From positions 274,826,553 to 274,890,552 of the forward strand of contig NC_058135.1 of assembly GCF_016433145.1 (NCBI RefSeq): a stretch of DNA of 64,000 nt, read 5' to 3'. The first letter of the stretch is position 1; the number at the start of each line of letters is the position of its first letter. Below the pieces are notes generated by a model. It ran no database searches and was not told where the DNA came from. It saw nothing but the letters and a program-made list of their open reading frames with translations. Shown here in pieces: positions 1 through 11,632 of the stretch. This stretch comes from Gracilinanus agilis (Eukaryota). The position numbers were made by a program, and so were the translations under genes.

Positions 1-69
1 TTCTTCTTCTTCTTCTTCTTCTTCTTCTTCTTCTTCTTCTTCTTCTTCTTCTTCTTCTTCTTCTTCTTC
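1..69. repeat. (TTC)n microsatellite, truncated by window start
   Basis: Perfect TTC units from base 1 to about 69. Confidence 0.97.
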
Positions 70-379
70 TCTCCCCTCTGTTTCTCTCTCCACCCCTACA
101 CAACTTCTCTCCCTACATATTAAGCACATCCATCTATATTTGAGTTCAAGGTTCATCATCAATATCCATATCACTCCAAATGGGTTTTACCTTGTGCCCT
201 ATCCTGAACACTTTGTCTACATATACTTGGTAATCTCCTTTTTATTGAAGTTAGAATTATCAGCTCAAGGCAAATTCCTTTGTAATATACAAATGTACAC
301 TAAAGCTTTCTCCTCCATTCAAGTCAATTTTCAACTGTGTGCTGAACAACTTCATTTGGATGTCCCCAAGGTACTTCAA

Positions 380-1660
380 ACTAAAAATGTCATGCAAAAT
401 TATTAACTTTCCTCTTAATACTACTCTTCTTTCTACATTTCTTTATTCCCAACATCATTCTCCCAGTCACTCAGTTTTACAAACTGTCTTCTTGATTCTT
501 TACTTTTTCAAGCTCTCCACATGTAATAGTTTGTCAAAAACTGTCAATTCTATCTCTTATACTTCCCTTTCATCAATACATTTTCTCTGCTTATATCACA
601 CCCTGACTCAAAAAAACTCAAAACTCTCTCAATAACCAGTCCTCAATATACTGCCATGGTACAATTCCAATGGAAAAATTCTGAATATATCTTTCTTCTG
701 AACAAGGATCTTTATTGATTTCCACTTCCTTTTATAAATATGAAACAATACAATACAAAATAGTCTGACATTTAAACACCTGCCCAACATAGTTCTGATT
801 TGTCTTTCTAGGGTGAATACATATTGCTCCTTGTTTTCTTCATCTATATTATTTCACCTGAGGGAATCTCATTATCTACTATGAAAGACAACAACTACCT
901 TTCCAGGACTAACCCAATTTTGGACCTCCAGAATCTTCTCCATAACTTCATACCAGACATCTTAATTTCCACATATATCCTAAAATGTTCCATACTAAAC
1001 TCATATTCTCCATCTAAACTGTCTCCTCATCCTATGTTCCTTATTACTGTTCAAACATACTAACACTCTTTCAATCATCTAGGCTATACTCTCAATGTCA
1101 TCTTTAATTTCTCATTCATTCTGGCTGTCCAAACCACCTCCAATAACCAGTTAGTTCTTAAGTCCTGGATTTCTTACCTTTCTAAAATATTTCATGTATG
1201 ACCCATTTTCTTCTCCACTTAACAGGCACTCTAGTACTGGTATTCATGAACTCATGTCAAATTGTTTTTCTGTCTAGCACAAATCTCTCTACACTCCAGT
1301 TTCAAACCCCCTCATCTGTCAAACTGATTTTCCTAAAATGCATTAGACCATGCTATTTCTTTATTCAATAAAATTAATTGGATCTTGATTATCCTTTACC
1401 AAAAAAAAACAACTCTTCTGTTTGACTCATAATCATAATCTGTACTCTTTCTGCTTTCCCAATCTTCTTACACTTTACTCCCCTCAAAATATCTTGCGAT
1501 GCTATTCTTCACAATGAACGCTCCAACAACTTACTTAGAGAATATAAATATGCTGTCATTTAAGCCTGGAACTCTCCCTGCTTTGTTCCTCCTAGATTTC
1601 CTGGACTTCATAAAACTCAGTCAGTTCTCCATTTTCTGTTAAAAACTTTTCTAGCAAAGA
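380..1660 (+). mobile_element. Old L2 LINE fragments (approximate bounds)
   Basis: Pyrimidine-rich degenerate stretches resembling L2 3' regions (e.g. aaactgattttcctaaaatgcattagaccatg); recognised by eye. Confidence 0.5.
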
Positions 1661-1729
1661 CTACACAGAACTATATTCAAAAGGTTCTAAAACATTTTTA
1701 CCCTTTAGCACAGCAATATCACTACTAAG

Positions 1730-2345
1730 TTTGAATCACAAAAATATCAAGAAAAAAGGCAAAATAACTCTTTTGTACAAAAATATTCATAGTAGCTTAT
1801 TCTATGGTAGCAAAGAGTGAGAAATTGGAGGGATATTCATCAACTGGGAATAACTGACCAAGTGGTGGTTCATAATTAAAATGGATTATTATTGTTCTGT
1901 AAGAAATGATAAGCAGGATTTCAGGAACAAACGAACTTTGAAATACTTATATGAATGGAAGAAGAGTGTAGTGGAAAGAGCCAGAAGAACATAATACACT
2001 CTAGAAGCAAAATTGTTTGATGACCATCTCTGAATCACCTAGTTATTTACAATATGAGTCCAAAATAAGTCCATGTAAAATAGGTCCAAAAGCTCCAGAT
2101 GAAAAATGTCATCTGACTCCAGAGAAAGAACTGATGGAGTCGAATGCAAACCAAAACATATTTTTTTCACTTCCTGATTGTTTGAATTCTTTTCCAGGAA
2201 ATAACTAATATTGAAAAAATATTTTACATAATTGAGAATGTAAAATCTATATCAGGTTGCTTACTGCCTCAGATCATGGGGAGAGAATATAGAATTCAAA
2301 ATTTTTAAAAAAATGTTTTAACATGTAATTGAGGAAAAAATAAAG
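1730..2345 (+). mobile_element. Old marsupial L1 3' end (ORF2 end plus 3'UTR)
   Basis: aaaaatattcatagtagc...tggtagcaaagagtgagaaattggagggatattcatcaactgggaa...ccagagaaagaactgatggag matches L1 terminal motifs; ends in an A-rich tail. Confidence 0.75.
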
Positions 2346-3480
2346 CATCATTTAAAACAAAAACCCTTTCCTATGTCTCCATTGTATTAGCACTTACCTG
2401 TAACTAAAGCTCCATTTTTTCTGTATATCTCTTTTTACAAAATATTTCCATGTTATTTCCTCTATTAAACTATGAGATTCTTCTGATCATGGGAAGTTTT
2501 TGCCTTTTGAGTGAATCTTTCATTTAGTCCCCAGAAACAGTGATCTACTTGCTCTCATCTTTGTTTTTCTTCTATTCATAAATTTGGATCTCCTTCTACT
2601 CTGTGTTCCCCCTCATGTTTGTGTGACTTTCCAACTTTTTCTCCTTTTCTCTTTACACTTTTCTTTGGCAATATCATGTTATCTTGTTTTCAAATAATAT
2701 TTCTTTGTAGATGAGCCCTATAGATTTTTGTCACTCCTATCTTGTCTTCTGTATATCAGGATTAGACTTCCAATAACCTATTTTGAATTACCACTTGGAA
2801 ATTGCTTTGGCATCTTATAGTCAATATATTCAGAGTATTTTATTTCATACCAAAAAAATTCCTTCTTATTATTTTCAGTCAATACAAATGTATTCATTCA
2901 TGCTTGAAATCTTGATGTTACTTATTGATCTTCTTCTTATTCCTTCCATATACAATTAATAACTAATATATGCTATCTTTGAATAATCTGTGAAATTTAT
3001 TGCCTTTTATTATGACTGATTGCATAAGAGTATAGGTATTATTTACAATGCTTTTGGCTGATTGCAATAGCAAACTAATGTTTCCCTCTTTTTGAACTTT
3101 AACTTTCCATTATCCTTGTAATCAGCCCCTAATTATCAAAGTGAACCTCCTTGTGTCCTGACATTATTATATCACCTTTTCCTTAAAATGTTTAAATGAC
3201 TTCCTATTTTCTCCTCAGCAAAGTTCAAACTTTAAAATTTTCCAGAATTTATTCAATCTAGCATTCATTTTTTCCAGACTTGGCTTATAGTTCTCCTTGC
3301 TATAAACTCTTTTGGGAGATGAGTGACAAATATTGAATATTCACATTGCCATTATATTTCAAATCTATTTTCTATGGAGAAAAAAAAGTGCTTTTACCAA
3401 AATAAGGAAACTATTCCTTAGTTCCTTATGTCCACACAACTTAATCACCTTTGGTAGAATGAATAAGGAACAGCCTAGAC

Positions 3481-3860
3481 CTGTGATGGGGAGCCTATGG
3501 CACATGTGCCAAAAAGGACACACAGAGCTCTCTTTGTGGGCATGCATTCAGTCACCTTCCAGAGTTTGTTACTAGAAAATGAGAGGGAACCAGGGTGGAA
3601 CTGTTGCCCTCTCCTCCATGTGTCTCATAGCAGTGTGCACATAGCAGGAGAGGAGTAGAGCACTGGAGCCTCTCTCCTCCGCCTCGCAACATATGCTTCT
3701 CATCACCCACCCTTTGCTCAGCATCCCAATAGAAGTGCTTCTATTGTCCCTGTCTGGGGTAAGGGAGGCAAGGAGCAAGGTGGGGGGTGTAGCACTCACT
3801 CTAGGGATAGTGTAGGGGTGGGGGCCTGACAACCCATCTCTGAAAGATTCACTATCACTG
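3481..3860 (+). mobile_element. Non-autonomous hAT DNA transposon (MITE), 380 bp
   Basis: Imperfect 16-bp TIRs CTGTGATGGGGAGCCT / AGATTCACTATCACTG; 8-bp TSD GCCTAGAC (3473-3480) / GCCTGGAC (3861-3868). Confidence 0.85.
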
Positions 3861-4919
3861 GCCTGGACATTCTCAAAGAATGATGACCCATAAAAAGATG
3901 AAAGCAATTTCATTGATGCAGATTAAGATTGACTTGAGATAAATAAAAATATCTCTTCAATCTGCTAAATATTTTAGTGGCATTTAGTTCACCTTTAAGT
4001 GGTCAGCCAATTCACTCTTTTAAGAAGTTAAGAAATATATCTTCAAGTAGGAAAAGTGATGTAATTTTTGCTCTTCTTCTTTTTCATTCCTTTAGCTTTT
4101 TTCTCTATACATACTCATATTTTTTAAAGGAATAATTCCACAATAGAAGAAAAAGGTGGGCATAAACCTGTGTATAACTTTTAATTCCATCTGCATTTTG
4201 TCCCAATCTGTGTGTGTATTTAATAGTGCTCATAGTAAAAAAGATTTATAACTCTAACTTGTGTGTCACTTTACCAGTTAATTTCCTTGCTCACATTTAT
4301 CTGATTTAGATTTCTTAGGAAATACTGATAATGATAATAATAAGAATGATGATGAAGAGGAAGAAGTTTAGTTACTTACACATGTCAAATAGCTAATGTG
4401 TCTGCAGTAGGCTTTGAACTCAAGTGTTTCTGGTTACAAATATAGAATTCTATCCATTACAATATCTTGTTAACATAGAACATTCATTTTAAGTTGAAAT
4501 TTAGAGTGCCTAAAGTTCCAATGCCATTTTTACAATGAAAAAAGGATTAACTTACGTAAAAATTAGAGTACAGTAAATACATGAGGGTATCTCTTGTATT
4601 TCTTATGTTCAAACACAGTAGAAGTCAAAGAAGAGCAGATTGAAAAGTGCCATTTCTCCCCAAAGTATGATCTTATCTATGTGTATTATTTTTATTTCTT
4701 CCCCATTCCTTGGCTTCTCATCCTATAAGATACCTACTGCCCCATATAATCCCTTCCTCTGATGAGTCATCAGCTTCTATTTTTAAGGAAGTACCCAGAC
4801 ATTTTCATTCTATTACTCCTTACTAGGATATACTCTTATCTATGTGGATTTCTTTTCTTACTATGCCCCTCTAGATAGAAATATCTCTTCTCTATTCCTT
4901 CCTCCCAAATTTTAAGCAC

Positions 4920-5053
4920 ATTTTAATATGTTGTCTTTCACAATTAGGAGATAAACTTCTTGGAGGCCAAGCTTTTTACTTGTATGTTATCCCTAGTTCT
5001 TTGCATAGTGCCTGACACAGAGTATGCACTTAGGAATGCTTGTGGATTTGACT
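4920..5053 (+). mobile_element. L2 3' terminus
   Basis: gcatagtgcctgacacagagtatgcacttaggaatgcttgtgg is a typical L2 3' end. Confidence 0.7.
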
Positions 5054-5426
5054 GTACTACTTGATTATCAAAGAAAACTTTATTTACTTCACAGTTGACT
5101 TAGAGCCTGGTCCTATGTCACTTATGTAGCATTCTTAGAAGAAATTATCCTAATTTTTAATGATGAATCATGTAAGAGAAGAAAAAATATTATTTCTGTT
5201 CATTCTTTCTATAATATACCATTTATGAAGTGACTAAATTGTACAAAATCCTATGCCAAATACCAACTCTTGTACAAAGTTTTAGAAAGGGTATATACTT
5301 TAATTTCATCTTGGTCTTGATGGATTTTTTTAAAAGATCAATTCCTCAATGGTCATTTGATAACATAATACCCATTTCTTCACCAATAGCATAAAAGGGC
5401 AAAAGCAATAAAATTAAAATACATTT

Positions 5427-6356
5427 TTATTTGAATATTATTGACAATTTGTTTGACCAAACCTTCTGCATGGCATTCTTCATCTCTGCATTTCTTAGTG
5501 TATAGATGAGAGGGTTAAGCATGGGTCCAATGACAGTATAAAACATGGAAAACTCCTTGTCATTTTTGCTGGCACTGGGAGGTCGAATATAGGTGGAAAT
5601 ACAGGGTACAAAGAAAAGAATAACAACCATGACATGGGAGCCACAAGTGGAGAGGGCTTTGCGTCGACCTTCTGATGAATGCTTTCGAAGATTGTATAAT
5701 ATGACAATGTAAGATGCCACCAATACAAGAAAGGTCGTTAATACAACCATCCCAGAATTAGCAATGACCAAGATATTAGCAATATGTGTATCTGCACAGA
5801 CAAGTTTTAAGAGGGGTTTGACATCACATATATAATGATCTATTTGATTAGGGCCACAAAATGGTAACCGAACAACCATGAGCATCTGGGCAATAGCATG
5901 CCAAAAAGCCACCCCCCAGGCCATCAGGATCATTGTGTTACATCTCTGTCGATTCACTATGACCATGTAGTGTAAGGGTTTACAAATGGCGACATAGCGA
6001 TCAAAGGCCATGGACACCAAGATGAACATCTCAACAGTAGCCAGAAAGTGAGCAGTAAAGAGCTGAGTCATACAGCTACCAAAGGATATGTTTTTTTCCT
6101 TAGCTATCAAGTCTCTAATGAGTCTGGGGACTATAGTGGATGTATAGGCCAAATCCATTAAGGACAAATGACAGAGAAAATAGTACATGGGTTGTTGGAT
6201 CAAATGACTACATGTGATGGTGACAAAGATGATGAAGTTCCCCAGGAAGATTGCAAAATAGCAGAACAAGAAGATTACAAAGCACATCATTTTGAGGTCC
6301 TGGTTCATTAAAAGTCCCAAGAGAACAAATTCAGTGACATTGTTCTGATTTTCCAT
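5427..6356 (-). CDS. Olfactory receptor, family 4 (OR-A; OR4P/OR4V-related clade), 309 aa, intact
   Basis: Motifs N-V-T sequon, [55 protein letters not shown]. The ORF track starts at an upstream TTG (6398), but the ATG at 6356 (MENQNNVTEF) matches the starts of both paralogs. Confidence 0.97.
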   Translation of the reverse strand: MENQNNVTEFVLLGLLMNQDLKMMCFVIFLFCYFAIFLGNFIIFVTITCSHLIQQPMYYFLCHLSLMDLAYTSTIVPRLIRDLIAKEKNISFGSCMTQLFTAHFLATVEMFILVSMAFDRYVAICKPLHYMVIVNRQRCNTMILMAWGVAFWHAIAQMLMVVRLPFCGPNQIDHYICDVKPLLKLVCADTHIANILVIANSGMVVLTTFLVLVASYIVILYNLRKHSSEGRRKALSTCGSHVMVVILFFVPCISTYIRPPSASKNDKEFSMFYTVIGPMLNPLIYTLRNAEMKNAMQKVWSNKLSIIFK

Positions 6357-6408
6357 GTACTTCAGGTAATTTATATATATATATATATCCAGGAGCAATC
6401 TAATTCAT

Positions 6409-6430
6409 CTGAAATCACACAGATTATGAA
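6409..6430 (-). promoter_or_regulatory. Predicted 3' splice acceptor of OR-A coding exon (TTTCAG|ATG), exon starts at 6408
   Basis: Minus strand gtgtgatttcag|atgaattag; a homologous TTTCAG|AT lies 43-52 nt before the ATG in all four ORs. Confidence 0.7.
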
Positions 6431-7161
6431 AAATTATCATCAATATCATGGCAGATGTAAAGTTTTTTTGATAGATTGTTTTATTTACAATGTATTATTA
6501 GCATTGATCATTTCATGCATTTAATTTGGGAAGATCTAGGTCTTAGAAAGTCTTTGAAAACTTGATACTTCAAATATATGCCTTCTTATGCTAACAAAGT
6601 CCCTTCATGTGTATGGTAAATTAAATAAATAAAGTTTTAAATATTATGATAATTTTAAAATCCATAAGTCTTTTATATTTATCCATTAGGAATATAATTT
6701 AATGCTAAAAATTTATTAATTTTGTACACTTAGTCACAAGAAAGCTAAGGTTAATTCATTGTCTTGGTAAAGAAAAATGTATAAATGTGTAACATTTAAT
6801 AAAATTTACAAAAAGGAAAGACAACATAATTTGGTACTCATTTGGGGGTAATGGAATAATAATTTATTAAATACGAATATAATGGAAGATGTCCTAAAAT
6901 GATTTCAAAATGCGAGTTGGAAATCAAATGTAAATGGATGGGAAAATACTTTTGAAGAGTAACTTGTATCCAGTCTTCTCCTCTGCCTCCCTTCCTCTCA
7001 CTCTCAATTCATAGTCTACTCATTCTATGTACTTAAATCATTAAATGATTGACAAAAGGAAGAAGACAAAACAAAATAAAGAATTATCATTAAAAGCACA
7101 TATCATGTCAAATAAAGACCAAATTTGATGACTCAATTATATATTGCGGGGGTGGGGGGTC

Positions 7162-7340
7162 AGCACAGCTGGGTCGCTCAGTGGATTGAGAGCCAGGCCG
7201 AGAGATGGGAGTTCCTAGGTTCAAATCTGGCCTCAGACACTACCTAGTTGTGTGACCCTGGGCAAGTCATTTAACACCTATTGCCTAGCCTTTAACACTC
7301 TTCTGCCTTAGTAGACAGAAGAAAAAGGTTTTAAGAAATA
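7162..7340 (+). mobile_element. SINE1_Mdo-type CORE-SINE, diverged
   Basis: cagctgggtcgctcagtggattgagagccagg...gtgtgaccctgggcaagtca; homologous to the other SINE1 copies in the window. Confidence 0.92.
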
Positions 7341-7769
7341 ATAATAATAAGATTTATTACTAAGCCACATACTTATTTTTTGTTTATTGGATTTGGTTTG
7401 TCATGTAATCTTTGTGATTTTGTATGGAAAAAAGTCTCTTTGATAATGCAGATTGGCAAGTAAATTGTGAATTATAATTTCTGTGAATTATAAATTCTGA
7501 AATTTATAATGTTAAAGTTGTTTAAGGCACTTAGAGATTAAAAAATTTAACTAATACTAACCAGATAGCATTTATCAGTACAAAGACTTGAATTTATTAT
7601 TATTTTTTTTACTGAATGCTGGAATTGAACTACTTTGTCTTGTGTATTGCAATCACTTAATAGTTAAATGCCACATCACTTCTGTATGAAGTGTTTATTT
7701 TAGGCAGAATGTTACGATAGTGCTGATTATAGGTTTAATATATGAACTTCCTTCATATTCCAGGTAAAA

Positions 7770-7997
7770 TATCACTATCCATTCAGAAGTCTTTCCTAAT
7801 CCCTAAATTCTAGTGTCTTCCTTCTGTTAATTATTTCCTATTTATCCTGTATGTAGCTTGTATAAATATATTTGCTTATTGTTGCTTCTATTGGATTGTG
7901 AGTTCCTCAAGGGCGGAGGATCTTTTGCTTTTATTTATATCCACAGTATTTAGTACTTGCTGGACAGAGAAATACTTAATAAATGCTGACTGAGTTG
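7770..7997 (+). mobile_element. L2 3' end (marsupial L2)
   Basis: gattgtgagttcctcaagggcggagg...cttaataaatgctgactga is an L2 terminus. Confidence 0.75.
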
Positions 7998-8434
7998 AGG
8001 GATATCTTCCTCATTTTGAGAAGAGGGTCTGAAAATTCCTAAAAAGAGAAAACTCTATTAGTATCTACCAGTATTCAGCATGAATTCTGAATATCTATAG
8101 CATTTCCTTTTTTTCCAAAATGATAGTTGTTTTTGGTATTTTATTTTTGTGTCAAAAATAATTTTAACTACTTTCAATGAGCAAATAAATAAAAGGAAAA
8201 AAGGATACATTATTTAAGGGTTATTTAAATTAAAAGTTACTTAAATTAAAATTATTTAAATATATTTTTGATACAAGGAATCAGTTCTTTTGGCAGTAAT
8301 CTCCCTCTATATATTCTTTTGAAATTTGAAGGGCATAAATGGGATATTAATTAAAATTATTGAATTCACTCAAAACTATTAGGTCAGCGCCAGTTTATCC
8401 CCATATTTCTGCATCTAGTGAAGTATTTGAGAGT

Positions 8435-8600
8435 TGAAACTGGTGTAAGGAACATCTGAGTTCAAATTCAGCTGTGTCCCTCAGAAAGTCACTAAAATTC
8501 TGTTTTCATCAGTTTCTTAATCTGTAATGTGAGGATAATAATAGCATCTAACTAGCAATTTTCTTGTTAGGATAAAATTAGATAATGTTTGCAAAATGAC
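8435..8600 (+). mobile_element. MIR-family SINE fragment
   Basis: gagttcaaattcagc...cagtttcttaatctgtaatgtgaggataataatagcatct matches the MIR core. Confidence 0.65.
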
Positions 8601-8904
8601 CTTTGTGATAGTGACACAATAAAAGTAGAGGGGAAAAAAGAATTAACAAATCTGGGCTCAGAAGACTAGAGTTCTATTCTTGGCATTTGTATGACAAGTC
8701 TGGCCTCTAAAGGCATGTGTAGCCTTAGTCACTTAACCATGGAGTATCGACTTCCTTGTCTACAAGTGGGGATAAAATAGATTTCTGAAACCATATGATG
8801 AGCTTTTACCAGGCTAGATGATGTTAGAGAAAGATGTTTGGAAAGTATCAAATAGCACATCAAGGTAAGACGTAATCACTTGCATTAAAAACAAAACAAA
8901 ACAA

Positions 8905-9030
8905 TATTGAACAATCATGCATGTATAAACCAGTGGAACTGCTTCTCAGCTTCAAGAGGGGGCAGGAAAGATGAGGGAATCATGAGTCATGGAACCATGG
9001 AAAAATATTCTAAATTAAAAAAGGAATAAA
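8905..9030 (+). mobile_element. L1 3'UTR tail fragment
   Basis: catgtataaaccagtggaactgc...gaatcatgagtcatggaaccatggaaaaatattctaaa, homologous to L1 tails elsewhere in the window. Confidence 0.8.
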
Positions 9031-9735
9031 AATCAATAAAACCATTGTCAACTAAATGCCTTCACTGCCCTTCTCCGCCTGTCATCTCAAATGCTTTGAA
9101 GAAGAGTAAAGTGCTGCATAAATGGAATATTAATTACTCACATTTTCATAAAAAATGAATGCTTTTTCAATGCACCTTGCTTACAGATACTAGTTAAAAG
9201 AATTTTCACCATCTCTATCACTTTGTAGTGTGTATGACCAATGAAGAGGAAACTCAGAGGCCAGGACTGAGGGATTGGAAAGACCAGAGTGAACCGAGAG
9301 AAGCATAGAAATGGAAAAGAATGGATTATAAAGAAGGATCTTGGAAGCCTGGCTTACTGAAGGCTCTATAAGTCTAAAGGGTATTAAGTCAAGTCTCCAC
9401 ACAGAAGTTTTAGTCTTTTGCAATGGCCTAATTCCACAATGTCTCCAATAAACGTCTATATTAGAGAAAGTTTCTAAAAATATATAAAGCATAATAATAT
9501 ATAAATAAACATGAATATTATATTTGTCATCTAATATAATTAACATCAATAAATAAATATATTGATAATATAATAATTAACTAAAATAAATAAAACATAT
9601 AAAAGAAATAAATTCTGAGGTAGGCAACCTATTAGGTAATGTAGAAACCAAATATACAGAAGGTAGTAGAAAATATAATGTGTATATACGTACATACATA
9701 TATTATATATAAATATTGTATATGAAGAAACTTAC

Positions 9736-10250
9736 ATTATTCCATATGACAAAACTGATTCATTAATGGTCTTCTCTGAAAAATTGATGTGTAGAAGCCT
9801 ATGACCTAGCCATCCTTCTTAATAGAGACCTATTTAGAAGGTTTCTCCAAAGAAAAGAGAGCTGTGATGTATTTACAATTCATCTCAAGGTTCTTTCAGC
9901 ACCTGGAAAGAGAAGAGGTCTTCTTTCAGATGGTATTCATTCAGTGAAATGTTATGTTTCAGGGTTGGAACTTATGGTCAAGAAATATTCCTTTTTCTCC
10001 CAGATCAGAGTCCAGAGAAGCACAAATATGTGCCTGAAGCTCTGGACATCCCATCAAACCTTTTGATAAAAGAAACTTCCAGGGCACCTTTGCTTAGCAC
10101 CTTCTGATTTTAAAGGGAGGGGTAGGACTGAGGGATGGATTCCCAGAGGCATTTCAAGGCAGTCTACCAAATTAGAGACACACAGTACTGTACAGTAACT
10201 AGTGTGAGGGGAAATCACTTTTTCCCCTTTTTTGGCTCCTGTTAGATATA
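9736..10250 (-). promoter_or_regulatory. Predicted promoter and non-coding first exon of OR-A; donor AAT|GTAAGT at 9735
   Basis: Homologous to 22996-23520 and 34785-35150; contains O/E-like TCCCAGAGG at 10141-10149 and a conserved GTAAGT donor. Confidence 0.6.
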
Positions 10251-11226
10251 TTCATTAACTATGAATATCAAACAACAAAACTTTGCTTTCCACTCCCACC
10301 CCTTTGCTTCACATGGGTGTGTACCTATGCACTAGCAATATTACACACTCCTACTGAGAATTTTAGAAGACCTGGAAATTTTATATCACTACAGGAATCA
10401 TTTTGTTAGACAATGCAGCCATGGGGACAGAAAACATACAAAGACTTTTTAAAAAATATTTTCCTCACATGAATCATTCAAAGAAATATCTAGGGAGGCA
10501 TGCTCACTTTTTAAAAGAGTCATTTGTTGCTTAATCTACGAGTATCTATTTTATTCCCATTAGTTCAAATTCCCATTCGTTTACCATATTGCTCTTTTGA
10601 GGATTATCTAAGACATATGTGCCACCAAATAGTTTCCCTTCCCTCTACAATTCTGTATCACTGAATACTCCTTTCCTTCCCTGGCAGGAATTAAAGTCTC
10701 CATCTGATAAGGATGGCAGGGGTAAAGGTTAACTCTATTCTACTTCTCTTATAAACCCAAGATGATATCCCCATGCTACATACTGTGAAGGGAACAGCCC
10801 TTTCAACACATAAGATCTTGTTGTAATTTAATTTTTTATTTATTTTTTATAAATATGTGTCTATTGCATTTTAATGTGACTCAGTTGGAATTAGATATTA
10901 GGGAAACATTGTTTAAGCTGAATTTCAAATGGGATAAATGTAAATTTTGGCACTTTGTTATAAAAATATCAATAGAAAATTTAAAAAAGGACATTTAGAT
11001 TATTAATAAAGTTATTCTAATAAATAGCTTTAGGTTTTTGTTGGTTCAGGAACTAAAAATGGGTCATTTGGATATATCGTTCACAAAAGTACTATAATTT
11101 TGGTATGAATCAATAAGGATAAATCTGCCAGAACTAAGGAGACATTAATCTCAGTGCACTTTGCTTTCATCAGAACTTGTCAGCAGTTCACTGTTCAAGT
11201 CTTAGCTTCAAGGTATTTTTAAAAAC

Positions 11227-11632
11227 TATTTTATTTTCCCAATTACATATAGTAACAATTTTCAATATACATTAATCCTTCCTTCCCTTCCCAGAGATGG
11301 TAAGCATTGAGATCTTCATTATACATGTATTGTCTTGAAAAACATACTTCCATATTGGTCATTGTTGTCATAGAATAATCACATAAAACCCAAACTCCAA
11401 AATAAAACCATAAATAAACTAATGTGAAAAACAATATGCTTTGAACTGCAAAAAACAATAAGTCTTTCTCTGTAGGTGGACAGCATCCTTTCTCATAAGT
11501 CTTTCAAAACTGTCCTGGATCATTGTATTTTTGAGAGTAGCTAAGTTTTTCACAGCTGATCACCATAAGATATTATTGTTACTATGTACAATGTTCTCTT
11601 GATTCTGCTTATTTTCTTTGCATCAGTTCATC
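11227..11632 (-). mobile_element. Old L1 3' end fragment
   Basis: ttttattttcccaattacat...gtcctggatcattgtattt...atgtacaatgttctc is the reverse complement of an L1 3'UTR. Confidence 0.8.

Noticed and set aside
3572-3913. 113-aa GC-rich ORF
   Set aside because: Lies in a non-autonomous hAT MITE; no transposase motifs.
5425-5430. AATAAA overlapping the stop codon in OR-A and OR-B
   Set aside because: Arises from Lys-stop (AAA TAA A) in AT-rich DNA and shared ancestry; no evidence of use.
6357-6398. 14-aa N-terminal extension of OR-A in the ORF track
   Set aside because: It starts at TTG and runs through an AT repeat; the paralogs start at the homologous MENQ ATG.
9190-9549. 119-aa minus-strand ORF near the OR-A promoter
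   Set aside because: TTG/AT-rich start, no recognisable domain, no counterpart near the paralogs.
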